Notes under the pieces: generated by a model | Told to the model about the DNA's origin: nothing | The model's database searches: none | Seen by the model: only the letters and a program-made list of their open reading frames with translations | Program-made: the position numbers and the translations under genes | Assembly: GCA_051362555.1 (NCBI GenBank) | Contig: CM120648.1 | Coordinates: 7,374,587-7,438,586 of the forward strand | Source of the DNA: Lingula anatina | Lineage: Eukaryota; Animalia; Brachiopoda | Direction of reading: 5' to 3' | DNA length: 64,000 nucleotides | Part shown: positions 50,701-64,000 of the stretch, piece by piece | Layout of the letters: each line of letters starts with the position of its first letter | Position numbering within the stretch: the first letter of the stretch is position 1

Positions 50701-53141
50701 CAGTTCTTCACTATCTATTGCATTTTATAAAGAAAAGATATGACTGTACGTAGATTCCATGTAAAGAGCAATTTCCTTTCTGGTTTATTAGCAAATTTTA
50801 TTCGATGTTTGTTTTTATATTTCTGCAACATATGTACAACAGTAGCGATTGTAACAACTCACGTATATTGGTATATAAATAAACAATACTTGCAATATTT
50901 TTCTCTTCTTTTCTGGATTTTCATCATTGCACCTGCATTATTATACCTAACTATCAAACTACACACAAACATAAAAAATCAGTATACAAAATGTTGTTAC
51001 TGTTTTCAGAGCTGTCCCCCCCCCCCCCCCTCCCTTCCCTTCTCTTCCCATTCATCTTAAATGATCGCCACACAAACTTGTATAATACGAGACAGAAGAT
51101 CAATATATTCCAAGTCATGTTGGTTGGGTACCTGGATAGAAATAAATTTGAAAACTACAGAGAGTTCCAAAAATATCTTTTTCTTATCTTTTTCTTATGT
51201 TCTGCTTATAATTGTTGATGAAAAGATTGTCTGTTCTGCTACTATAAAAATCATTTGATATTTTTTCATTTTTTTTTTTTTTTTGACATACACCAAAGGA
51301 ATGACTGTGAACATAACAATGCTGAAACCTATTGATAAGTACTGAATATTTAGGAAAGAACCCTGTGTGATATCAAATTTAGATTTCCAGATAATATGAC
51401 TTAAGAATACAGATTGAAAAATACTCCGTCATACAAATTTATCAGGACCAGTAAAGAATATAAGATATGAGACTAGGCCATAATGAAATAAGATGGGGCA
51501 ATTCTTCCCAGTTCTAAAAAAAGTCCATTTCCATGTTTACTATTTCTGCAGAGGCTCTATCATAAAAGCTAAAAATATATCAAATTTCTGAACACCTAAT
51601 ATGGATGATGACTTCTTTAATCAATTATTCATAACACAGATAAGCTTAACAGATAAGTGGTGATGGGCAAGGATTCTTTTAGCAGTGGCTATAATCAAAC
51701 TTGGGTTTTGATTATTTACAGAAGGAAACATCACTGATTCAGTGATACACTTTTGTACCTAGTAAAAGGCTTATTTTGAAGAAATTAAATGGAGACATTG
51801 AGGTTGAAAAAAAAAAAAAAAGAAAAAAAAAGCGCCCTGAAATCAGATTGCAAGATAAATGACATAAATACATGTATGAACCAAATAAAAATAACAAGTG
51901 AAAAAATACAATGAAAACATGTAAAACTAAATTTTCAAGCATTTTTATCTTGACCTAAATCTGTTTTAGCAATTGGCATTGAATAAGGCAAACTTAACAT
52001 TCATTCATTATCTCCTCCTCCCTCCCCCATTTACCCCCCCCTTCCCCAATCTGTTTCTTCCTACAAGCATTGCTTAATCATGTTGGGAGGTAACCTTTGA
52101 TTGTCAGGGAGACACAATAAGATAACAACACCCTGTCAAATCTGATACTCTATAGGTTACTCTCTGGATCACGAAAGCTTTCTGTTGTCAACTGATGTCA
52201 ACTGATGTCCAAAGGTTACCACCGCTAAGTGACAGTTGTAATAACTTTCGAGGGTATGCTTTTGTCATAATTTACTGCTGTAACTGAGGGGATTTCTCAC
52301 TAAATTTGAACAAAATCAACAGGTTTTTTCTTCAAAAAGTTGACAAGTTTGATACTGATTTTCATTCCTTATCTCTGGCTTTTGAAATCGACAGATGATC
52401 AAATTTGAGTTTTTTAAACAGAGAGGAAATATCTAACATTATCAGGGATAAGACTGCCATTTAGTGAAAAAGTCTGAAAATATAACGTGGGGTCTAAAGA
52501 CCTACCCCCACACCCATATTTTTTTTTTTTTTTTTTTTTTTTGGCAGATCTCAAAAATCACATTTATGGCTCCTGTCAATAATAGGAAAAATCACATCCC
52601 TGCATTTTAAATGTTACAGAAAATATACAACAGACAAAAGCCTAGTAATAACGAGTACAAAGGAGGGGGGTTAATCTACTAGAGGGCAGTCATTCAATGA
52701 GACTGGCAGGACTCTTTAATTCACCATCAGTTCTGTCCTATGACCTCGAGCGAACTTTTAACCTCTGACCTCGTCCAGACAGGCAGTCACGGTCAGTAGC
52801 AGGGCAGGATTAATGGGATGAAACTGATCCTTCTTTAAAGAGTCTGGCTTTGTTAGTTAAATTGATTCAGTTTCATTGGTCCACTGTTCCGATGGATTTA
52901 ATAGGATGATTTACTAGGGTGTTAGACTTGTGATCGTTTTCTTTCTTTTTTGTTTTTGATTCTACTAAAGGTGCTTTTGTCTTTTATGTACTCCTTCCTC
53001 TCTTTTACCTTCAACCTAATATGCCTGTCTCTTCTCTTTATCTATTTTTCTCTCTCCCATTCCACACCCCATTCCTATTTTATCTCTCATATTATTTGGG
53101 GGATGCATGTATCATATGCATTTTCCTGTAGATATTCTCTA

Positions 53142-53300
53142 TCCCTCCTTCCCTCCATCTCTCTCCCTTCTTCCCTCCTTCCCTCCATCTCTCTCTCTTC
53201 TTCCCTCCTTCCCTCCATCTCTCTCTCTTCTTCCCTCCTTCCCTCCATCTCTCTCCCTTCTTCTCTCCTTCCCTCCATCTCTCTCCCTTCTTCTCTCCCC

Positions 53301-53348
<48 letters not shown>
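53142..53348. repeat. 30-bp polypyrimidine minisatellite (~5 units) merging into (CT)n
   Basis: Unit ccctccatctctctcYcttcttcYctcctt. Confidence 0.93.
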
Positions 53349-53350
<2 letters not shown>

Positions 53351-54896
53351 AGTAAAGTTATTCAGTATGGTTAAATCATATCCTAATGTGTCACAAAAAC
53401 ACACATGCTCTACAGTTTTAATGACATTCAACTTTGCCATTGTCAGCAGGAAACGTTCAGCCCACGATCATGGAAATGCATACACTGACACGGCGACAGC
53501 GTTATTCTATCCTAGGATGTCAGAGATTTCGGAGATTTCATCTCCGTCTGTTTCCGTCTGCGTCAGTGACCCGTCCTTCCAAGAGCACATCCCAGGGGCA
53601 AATTTTAGACCTGTTTCTTATTTTATCAATTAACCTTCATTCACATTATCTCTTCCAAATTCATCATTTCCAGACCAACTCCGAGTATCAAATGATGGGA
53701 GTTTTGGGGGACCTGCCCAAAATGGCAAAAACCACACATTAAAAACTAAAACAATTCCTGTGAGGGTGATTAAATAGTCAAATATGCAACCCATGGTTTT
53801 AGCATAAGGGTGATGCTATGAGAAGTGACAACAGAGATGGGGATAATTTTTGAGAATTTTTAGTGACATAAAGACAGCTTTAGAAAAATTGAAGGCCAGT
53901 TATAAAATTCATTGCTTTATATTAAGATATGCCAATCCCTTCAGAAGAAAAAATAAAAAATCATTTAACATAAAGCATTCCTACTTCCTAAATATTTATA
54001 ACACATGGTCTGATTTTCATCTTTGTCATCCTATCCTGGCATGCTGAAGATCAAAACTTTCAAAATCTAAAAACAGAGAAGCAATGCAGTAAGACGGTCC
54101 CCTTTCTGGTGGACTGAGTTTCCCAATCAGAGAAGACGTGCCAGCGCCAACACAGTGCTTCTCGCATGCTAATGTTTATCACCAGATGATGCAAACTGAT
54201 CTTAGTTCTGTATAAGTTTGCATGACAGAAAAACTGTCTGAGAGACAGTTTGAAATTTTGATGGGAGGCGCCCCATATTCCCCTGGAATGTCTGATGTGT
54301 AAGACATTGAAAGATTTCTGCTTTGCTGCCACTGAGTTTTTTTCCCAAATGCTTCATTTAACTTGATGTGAGAAATTTGGGTACTTATTAAGTTTTTTCA
54401 ATAACTGTCATCAGTGCTTCAAACAATATCTATGCAGCCATTATTTTGGAAAACTGGTTACAAATTTTGTTCATGAAGATAAATACACAAGAAACATACA
54501 CTTAAATCATTTTGATTAAGAACTATGTTATAAGACGATAAATTGCAAACTCTGCCTGAAAACAACCTGCACTTTGGTATCCTTCCATTTCTCTCCATTT
54601 TTTGTAACTATCCTCCTAACTGCTGAAATTTCTGCATGGAATTTTTTGGCAGCAGCTTCATTCTTGCCAGATAGTGCATTTAAATTATTTCCACAGTGTT
54701 GAGTTTAGATGTTAACATCATTTATCTACCAGACCATTCTGAGTGTGGGAAGGTGAACTTTGCCGCCAGTCAGCCACTTGTTGGAGTCTAAATACAACAG
54801 GCTAAGTCAGACCGTTTCATTTTTTCCCCAATTTCTTTACATTTTTTTTGTCTGTGCATCTCTCTCTTTGTCCCTCCCCCCCCCCATCTCCCTACC

Positions 54897-54900
<4 letters not shown>

Positions 54901-54957
<57 letters not shown>
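54901..54957. repeat. (CT)n(CA)n microsatellite
   Basis: Directly visible. Confidence 0.93.
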
Positions 54958-57900
54958 GTATTCTCTCACTCTATCTCATCAATGCCAACCTTGATATCTT
55001 AACCTCCATTTCCTCATAAAAATCAAAGGAATAATTACAACTGTCTGATGTCACAAATATTCACAAAATGTCACAGATTATAATTTCTCACACAAACATG
55101 CTGAGTCGATACCTCTTACTGCAGTGTTGCAAATAATTGGCTCTAACAGCGCCCATCACTGTTGGCCCAAAACCACACACAGCCAGCTCTTTTGAAACAT
55201 GAAAGAGGCCTGACAGGGATGGGACTTCTTTACAGAACACAAAGTTTTGTTTCCAAAGATGTAGTGGTCGAACTTTAACCCCCCCCCTCTATATTTCTGT
55301 GCTTAAACTACATAAAACAATTATCTTTGACTGCCAAATCGTTTGCCAAACAGTAGATACACCGTCTTTTGCGTTTTTAATTATGTATTAAATAGAGCCT
55401 AAAAAATTAGGAATGCTGAGTTATGTGCAAAGAATATGTATTGTATATTTGATGTTATTATTTATGTGGCCGATGTACTCAATTCATTAAGAAATAACAT
55501 TCAAGTTGTTTCCTTTATACCATATCTTTAAAGTTCTGACCAAACTGAAGTTGAAAAAAATCTCGAAAAATGTTTGCACTTTCATCTCCAACTAGTAACT
55601 TGCTAGATTGTTAACATGACTATTACTGTCAGACCCAAGCGTTGCCGTGCCGACTTATGACAGATATGCGGAAACCATTACGGACCTTCAGCAGCGTTCA
55701 AAGAAAATTGTGTTTCAAAAGAAAGTAGAGCCATACAAGACGTCCATTGTTTAAGTTTCATGTCTCCTTGGAATAACTATTATGAAATGCCTGACTGTCT
55801 ACTTTATTCAGTTGGGGATCCAAGAGGAAGAGATGTCACATATACTCAGGAAAATTACATTTGTTTGTTTCTTTTACTGCATCCTCAGTCTTTTTATTTC
55901 CTCAGAAACACTTCTTGAAACCTTTTTGTTAACTTTTTTCAATATTTGGACATATTTTAATTGCAATTATTCTTTGAATTCACAGCAGAAATATCACTGA
56001 AATTTATTTTTGATCTTTGACCCTTGGCCGTCCAATCACCTGTTTGAAAATTCTGCAGCAAATTGTTGTCAACTCTAAGTCTGAGCTAACATGTAAAGTT
56101 TTCATAGCCAGATAAAATAATAAGCATTTCCACCTTTTTATTTTTTTTTTCATCAAAATTACTTTGATATTTCATTCAGATGAAGAACTTACATGATTGG
56201 TCAAAGCAAAAGTTCTGCCACAGTGAACACAGCAACAGTTACAAACTGCTGATGTTAGGGGGTCACATACCTGAATGACAAGGGGTGACAATAAATGCTG
56301 ACCCCAAGGGTCAAAGGAGGCGTTGGAACAAGATCAGCACGCCAGGGGTTAGAATCACTTATGACAACGGATAGGGATGATTTTACTTGTTTTTGTCATG
56401 TTTGGTTAAGCCTTGTCACAAGGTCGCATTTAAATTGGGAAGATAAGCTGTTGTCCTGTCTCTGTGACCGACCATTTATTTTTAAACTGAGTCAAGTCCA
56501 ATTTTGTGCCAATCGTGAATGTGTGTCCTTTTAAACAATCAGTCTTTAAATCTCATATAACCAATATGAGTAATCAATGGAGATATATCTAGGCATTCAT
56601 AAACAGTTTTTAAAGACAATTTTAAGTATAAATTTCTGCTCGTTTTTTCTAGCATGTTTAACAAAAAAAAAAAAATAGATCTCACTTTTGCTTCCAAGTA
56701 ATAAACTGCAACTTCAAAAAAAAAGTTATATCTGAACTGCTTTTCTTTCTTTCTGACATTTCCTTTCACTTCTTTTGCAAAAATAACTATCTTATCTACC
56801 TAAAAGTACACTGCTCTGATCTATATCAGTTTACACTTAAAGTCATCAAATCTATCAATCCAAGAGACTCAAACTTTCCTTATAGGAAGCATTAAAGGAC
56901 AGATAATCTGTACTTTCTTTACTATTATCTTTTAATGATAAAATTGACCATCATGTCAAGACCCTGGTGGCTCCTTAGTTAATGCATAATACATCCCTAT
57001 GGTCTATAATGCCCTTTTCAGGGCCACTGATTGGATGCTGGACATCCATTTCTCTTTATACATTTGGAGGGGCTTTGTCACTGCAGATAAAACCCTCACT
57101 ATGAGTGATAACAACCACACTATGGTTTGGATGAATCAGAACTATCAGTTTTCCAGCCTGTGACAATAAATGATCATTTTCAGATCATTACCGACAATTT
57201 TTCGCTATCGTTTTACTCTAAGATGAACTCCAGCACAGTGATTGAATTACACTAACTGGAGCCTCCTTAAAAGCCCTGCCTCTAGGCGCCTCTTATCATC
57301 TAGTCATTTACCAGATCAAACAGGGATGAATTGATCGGTGGAGTAAAAAGGAAAATAATGGAGCGTACGTCTTGAAAATGAATTTTATTAGATGTATTGA
57401 TGAGCCCTTAGACCTGCCTGTGATCTATAACATATCCGTAACTGCTGACACTAAAATCAATCACGAACGGACAACAAGATTCCATTGATGGGACAGGAAC
57501 AAATCAATACCTTGCTGTGAATGCCGTTTGACAAAGTCGGTCGCCTATTCATTCCTTGTCACAGATTAATTACTTTTCTTGATTCTTGAATTATTAATGG
57601 CCATTATCAATAAGCCTCCCATTGTTAGCAGCAGACGACCATATTCAAGACAGATCAGGACCATTGTTTACCCATGATCAGTCAGACCTCTCTCAATAAA
57701 ATGAAAGAAAGGGATTAAATGTTCTTCTTTCAGAGGGATTTTCTGTCTTTCTTTCTTTCCTTTTCTTTTTCTTTCTTTTTTGTATCTATATTTATGAAAA
57801 ATTGTATCATTTCATTCAACAACTTATAAGTTTATTACTTATGGGAGAAAAAAATGGAAGGCTGTGGGTAAAAAGGGAGATAGATACTGACCAATCTGGA

Positions 57901-60900
57901 AAAAGAACTTAATAAGTATTTAAATGTTTGTTAACTTTACTACATTATTTCATTTTTCAAACACGTACTTGTTCAACTTCTGAATGATGAGTGGTGCACT
58001 GGAAAGATTTTTTTTCTTAACTTCATCTATTTGCCCCACAGTGCTTCCATCCATATTCTACCACTTTTTTAAGCTCATTAAATATATCTTACAGTTTTAT
58101 ACACAAAATGTGGTTAAAAATATCCCTCTGACCATTTTCGAATAATCATACCCTTAAACTTAACCATGTGTAATATCTCACCACCTTATCAAAAAAAGAA
58201 AGGGAAAAAAGGCACTCAAAGAAGTAATCTATAGTAGCATGTCAGTGATTTCTTTGCACAGGATCAACAATACATGGTAAAGGAGAATTACTCATTGAGA
58301 AATGAGATTCATCTGTTCTCGCAATGTGACTTCCTCACAGATCCTCTCTTTGAATTCCCTACCAACGGCAATCAAGGCCTTTTGTATTTCACCTACTGAG
58401 TCAAGCACGAGTGAAGGATTTGAATCTTTTCATTTGATAGCAACAAGAGTTTTATATCCCCCTAGCATGCTGGCTAATCCCATCTTTATTAAACAATCAC
58501 ATCATCGGGTGTGTTCACACTTGGGCAAAATGGAACCGATTCTGATCAATTATCTTCCGGTGCCAAATCATTTGCCAAACATTGAATACATAAACCATCT
58601 TTTGTGTTATTAATATGCAAAGAATACAACTTTATATGTATTAGGGCACAGAGCAGAAAGACAGGATTGGATCACCACATGAACTTGAATAACTGTGCTT
58701 CGGCTATCACCAGCTAAGCAGAGGGCCACCTGAGTGATGATCATAATAAGATCACAAACAGAATGCCATTGTCCTGCATACTACCAGGGACAGAATGCTT
58801 CAGAACTGTTGGCATACCTGTTAGGAAAATGTATGATGACATACAGCATAAAGACAATAGTACAGTGTATGATATTACAGATTAAATTAAGTAGTCAAGT
58901 TTTTATCAGTTTAGCATAAGGCCACCTGAGTAAATCAGTTCTTCATGATGTCCAGGACATATGAAAAAAAAAAAAGCTCGTAACAGGCTGCTTCAGAACC
59001 CTGGTAATATTTTTGGTGTGAGCAGGCCGTTAAGAAACCAGGGATGGCATAGCTTCACACTGGCTTAACACAGCATAATTACTCTCTACCAATTTATCAT
59101 TAGAATTCAATGAGCTGGAGAAAGTGGTTGAACGCGTGGCATAACTCATCGAGATAGTCAAGGAAATTTGTCTTCTCCTTCCATAGAAATGAGAGCAAAG
59201 ACGTGTGAGAGAAAGCTTTCAAATATTCTTTTAATTCAGGCTCATTTCCTTATTTCATGCTTCATCTGGGGGGAACTGGTGATAGTTCATGATGGAAACC
59301 ATTGTGTGAAAAAGGGAGTTAAGATACACCATGCCGTGAGAACGAGAAATTACTTTTAGGAAAGCAGATGAGGTTGTCTTTTTTTTTCTTTTCAAAAGCT
59401 GAAGAGCTGTGATAAGTTACTCCTCAGATGACAAGTACAAGATCAAAAATGGAAACACTTCTTTGAAAAGCTAGGAAGAGCTCAGTGCACTTAGTCATTG
59501 GCAAGATGAAACCTCAAGAATAATTAATTCAGGAAATTTTTCTTAAGTATCTTAACTTCTGCAACTGTATTACATGTTAAATACCTCAAATTCTGGCTAT
59601 ATATGATATGTACTATCTCTGACTAATAATAAAACTTTTTCATACTGCATGGATTAAAAAGATTATCAAAAAAATTGCATTAACATTATGTTAAAGTATA
59701 TGTAAAACTAGGAGAGTGAAATATTTTGTGTAAATCAAAAATATATTTTCCCAAATAAGAACCATTCCCTCAAAGTAAAAGATACAAATAATCAGCTCTG
59801 CCAGTTTGCCCACCCCACCTCAGATTTTAGAGATGGCATCTGGCAAAAAAAATGAACCAGAATATGGAGGAAGCTGTAATGTTTTAACGGCCATGCATCC
59901 ATCATAGAAAAATCTGACACAGACTCCCCGAGTTGTGGCACGTAGGTTTGATGTTGAGAACCCCTATAGGCAAGATGACACCCCGACACTGTGACAACTG
60001 TTTAACTTTTAGTTACATGATGTTGACAATAGTCACTGGGAAAGTTTATCTTGTCTGTGTGTTGTTTATGGCTCACCAACCACCTGCTACCACTCACCAG
60101 ATGGGGTTCAAGGACAAGACAATACATGTTCCAAACTCGCAAGTTAAAACGTGTGCCCCAGGAGATGGGTTTCAAATACAAAATAAGTGTCACCCATAGT
60201 CTTGTAAATATATATGAAAAAGAGTGCCATGCCCAGTGTGTAACTGATTAGACACTAGGGTGTCTGCGTTAATGCACATGACTCCTGAAGTAACGGCAAT
60301 GTCATCTGTGGTAGCTCATCAAGGAAGAAATTTTTTTCACTTTTCTTCAAAACAAATGCCACATTAAAAAACACTAATGTTGACTGACAGTCTGAGTGGT
60401 TAAAAAGAGAGAATGGGCGTTCCATCCATCAAGCAAAGATCTCTGGGAAAAGTTCGATGAACATTTTGCTCCGCTTCATCTTTCTTTTGCATGTCTTTTT
60501 CTGGCAGACGTTAGTGTCTTGCTCAGCAAATGAACCTGGGGCCCCACTGTACCATCTGGATTTAATACACATTGCAGTCGGCATCTCAAGTAGAAATCTT
60601 ACAGTAATGACACAAACAAAAGTCTTGCATACTACGCACATACATGTATGTGAGCTTCTTTTTCATATTACTGCATAACCAATTTAGTTTCTGACACATG
60701 GCTCTATTTTTGCAGCTTTAAACAAATACATATCATTAGGTATTCAAATCTGGAGGAAAATGTGATATCAGCAGGCAATATAAGTGTGTGCATGCGTCCG
60801 TGCATGTGTGTGTGTGTGCTTGCATGATTACAAATGTTTGTGCATACATATCTCCACCAAAAAACAAAAACTGGCCATTGCAAACATGCAGAAACCTCTC

Positions 60901-62439
60901 AAAAACTTGAGAAATGTTGACTAACATCCCTATCTTTGTGATCAATTCAGACCTATTTAACTGTTGATTTTCTAGTCTCCTACACAAGAACTTGGGGCAT
61001 GCTTTTGAGGCAGAACACATCAAAGTCTTCAGTCTTTCTTAAGAGTGATCAGGTCTCCCCCATCTTCTCACTTACTGATCAGAAAAAAAAATAAAAATAT
61101 GGTAAATGCTCAAGTTTTCAAACAACCACAAATTCTAAACTCTGGTCACTGCAAGAGATACAAATTTTAGTCACTCTCAAAGAAAAAAGAAAAGAAAAAA
61201 GTTACTATGACAGAACCTTTAAATCAACTTTTTTCTGCATTTACCAAAATAATTTTTGTTGAAATATGATTAATTATTTTTGTTCCGATTTATTCAGTAA
61301 TTGCCGTAACTGTATCCATCTCATATCATTTAGGTTGACTTGAACTGACCTTGCCTAACAACAGCTGCGAGACTCGTGAAGAACAGAGAATGAACATAAA
61401 CCGAGTTTAATCTAACAGTGATTCTTTTTGCTTGGGAACTTCTTTTTTGAAAAAAAAAGTGTTTTCACAAATAAAAAAACACAAAGAATGCTTCCCAATG
61501 TTAGATTACAATCCCGGAGGACAGAGAGAAAATGCCAAATCGCTGATTGAAGGGCAGATCGTCTTTTAAACTTCATCCTTGGTGTTTATGTCTCAAAAGA
61601 AAGTCAATCGCAGTAATTAAGATTATTTTTCTGTCAGGCTTTTCTGACACTCCTAAGTAGTAAATTATGGGATAGGATGGGTTTGGAACACAGCAGAGAT
61701 TCTTACACATGTGGCTGTAATGTGAAGAAATGCACACTAGGCTCTCAGAAAACTAAACCATTAAACGAATATTATCTATAATAAGTGACCTGTGAAATGA
61801 CAAGGATTCAATGTTGGGTTTAACTAAAATAACATCTAAGCATCGTTGATGTGAAAGAATTTGGTGATTTTCTCAGTGATGAGTGCACAGTTGCACAACA
61901 TGTTCCATCACAAGGGGTTTAAACACGAGGAATTTTGCGACAGACTTAAAGATTTGAAAGTTTATTTTTCTATTTCTTTTCATTATGATGAAGACTTCTA
62001 ATATATTAAATTTTGCCACTGAAAGAATGTTCACGTAAAGGCAGAAAACCTTGCCTCACATGACTTAAAAAAAAACGATGTCAAAAATGATGCAGTATGA
62101 CAAAAAGTAACAATCAATGGATAGAAAATATTACATCCTCTTCCTGCCTTCAATTCTAGAAGGGTCCAGATGAAGTCCATCACCAATGGAGTTTTCAGTG
62201 ATATAAATACCTAACAACTCACTGAATAGAATTAGTAAAATAAATGAAAGTCTACATACACAACATGAGCAACATTTAAACCGTCTGCTGCAAATCCAAA
62301 ACTGATTTGACCTGTCTGTAGGCAGTGGAGAATTGACCATTTTGTTCAACCACCTGTGAGAGTAGAGGTAATAGTGCAATACATACCTTGGAAATTAATC
62401 AATTTTATGGTAAACTTCACTTTTTTTAAAGAATTATTC

Positions 62440-62488
62440 TGTGTGTGTGTGTGTGTGCGTGTGTGTGTGTGTGTGCGTGCATGCGTGT
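62440..62488. repeat. (GT)n microsatellite, imperfect
   Basis: Directly visible. Confidence 0.9.
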
Positions 62489-64000
62489 TTGTGAGTGCAC
62501 GTGTCCAGATGTATCTATGTGTGTATATTTGTGCTTGAACATAGTAAATACACAAAAACCCAAAAACAAAACATTGTCTGCAATCAGGAATTGACTCTAC
62601 CCCCTAAACTGTCTCCCATCCCAACCCTGGGAATCCCCCTTCAAATATGAAATTTGAAATATGCCTGGAAAATTTCTAGTATATATACAATAAAACGCAA
62701 AACAAACTCCAATTCTATTAAACAACAGAGATACCACCCTTCTAGAAATTGCCAAACTTATCTTCGTTAGAATCGAGATATCTTTTTCGTGTGGGAAACC
62801 TGTCTCTTCAGATGAACCTGTTTAAATAGTTATTAACCTCAAGAGCGGAAAAAACAACACAGGCCTGCAATAACGCCCCTGGTCTAAAAGCCGGGTTTTT
62901 TTTCCAGCTATTTCATCACCAGTGAATCCTTCTTATTAGATTTTCGATACAAGTGCTGTGTAAGTTGAAGAAGACATGACAGCAGGGAAAGATAAACAGC
63001 AAAGAAATCACAAACACCCATCAGGTTGCTTCACTTATCTAGTTTCTACCTCTCTGGCTTTGATCTAAAAGAGAAATCGTACAAAGGTATTTTTCTTGAC
63101 CCTCTTTGTTGTGCTTTGAATTAGCAGCACGTCTGCCAGTGCCCAACTCACCCCTGTGGAAGATAAATCTTGGAATTTTACGGCCACTATCAAAACATGC
63201 ACATCCTTATTATATTTGCTATTCAAAACTTTGAATAACAGACAACGCTAATCTGAAGGATGGTTTGAGTTCATCAAAGAGGGAACATGTTGGGGGCTGA
63301 CGTTTGCGTCGTATTTTCTTAATTTTTTTAGCCCTAAGAGCATGAAAAACAAGCAGGGCTAATTTGCGTGTTGTTGTTGCACGGCGGCAGGTACGCTACA
63401 TGTGACATTGCGTCACAAGCTCAAAAATTCTTCGCTTTCCATTACACCAAGAAAAGCCTAACAAATGGCCATTTTTTTCATTTTTTGGATAAGCTGAGTG
63501 TTACTCTCCATGTTGATACATTTTTAACATATAATCATCTTGAAAGAATTTCTCAAACACAAAAGGATTAAATCTAAAGATATCCCTTATCAATATGTAA
63601 CCCTATCAACTTTCCATAATAAAAAAATACCTCTACTTGGCAAAGTTTAGTCTGATAAAATGTCAAAACCAGCTGTATCCTGTATACAAGTATCCTTTAT
63701 TTTGAAAAAAAAGATTAATTAACATATCATTAATCTTAATTTGATAAGGAGTTATTTTAGATAAAATTTGTAGACATTTACTCATAATTCCATCAAAACA
63801 TTCTGTAACTCTTATTTAATATACTGGTAAAAAAGTACTAAATAGGCAAGATTTTTTTAAAAAAATTTCCCAAAACACTGACATACTTACAAGTTTATAT
63901 CTATGCTGAGTTACACTGGTCTCTTCTCTTAAAGCAAGGTGTTATTTCAATACCACCTGCTTCTACTTTACTGCTTGTTCTTGTAAATGACAAAGCATTG

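Noticed and set aside
32341-64000. Missing N-terminal PR exon or a nested gene among the short ORFs
   Set aside because: No minus-strand sequence resembling the GxxFGP...WE segment was found, and no ORF shows domain features or a consistent exon chain. The exon probably lies beyond the right edge; a small exon could have been missed.

Overview
AT-rich animal (bilaterian invertebrate; lophotrochozoan is my unverified guess) genomic DNA with two spliced genes, both on the minus strand. (1) 7258 to <206: the 5' ten coding exons of a mitochondrial RNA polymerase (POLRMT; targeting peptide-like start, N-terminal extension, PPR region), running off the left edge. Its introns carry five copies of one ~200-250 bp palindromic MITE-like family plus a Helentron-type (HINE) element. 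(2) >32340 to 12138: the 3' five coding exons of a PRDM3/16 (MECOM/EVI1, PRDM16, hamlet, egl-43) transcription factor. They encode the C-terminal half of the PR/SET domain, 5+3 zinc fingers and CtBP motifs PFNLS/PLDLS, followed by a probable ~2.8 kb 3'UTR. 32341-64000 appears to be one very large PRDM3/16 intron (no N-terminal PR exon recognised), poor in recognisable transposons. The most interesting signals are two candidate internal TATA promoters (~21746 and ~35630) that would make PR-less EVI1-like isoforms, three clustered miR-133 sites in the 3'UTR, a duplicated intronic module with the EVI1 consensus plus ETS and kB sites, apparent loss of zinc fingers 2-3, and the hairpin family confined to POLRMT introns. 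All calls were made by eye and need alignment or RNA-seq confirmation.
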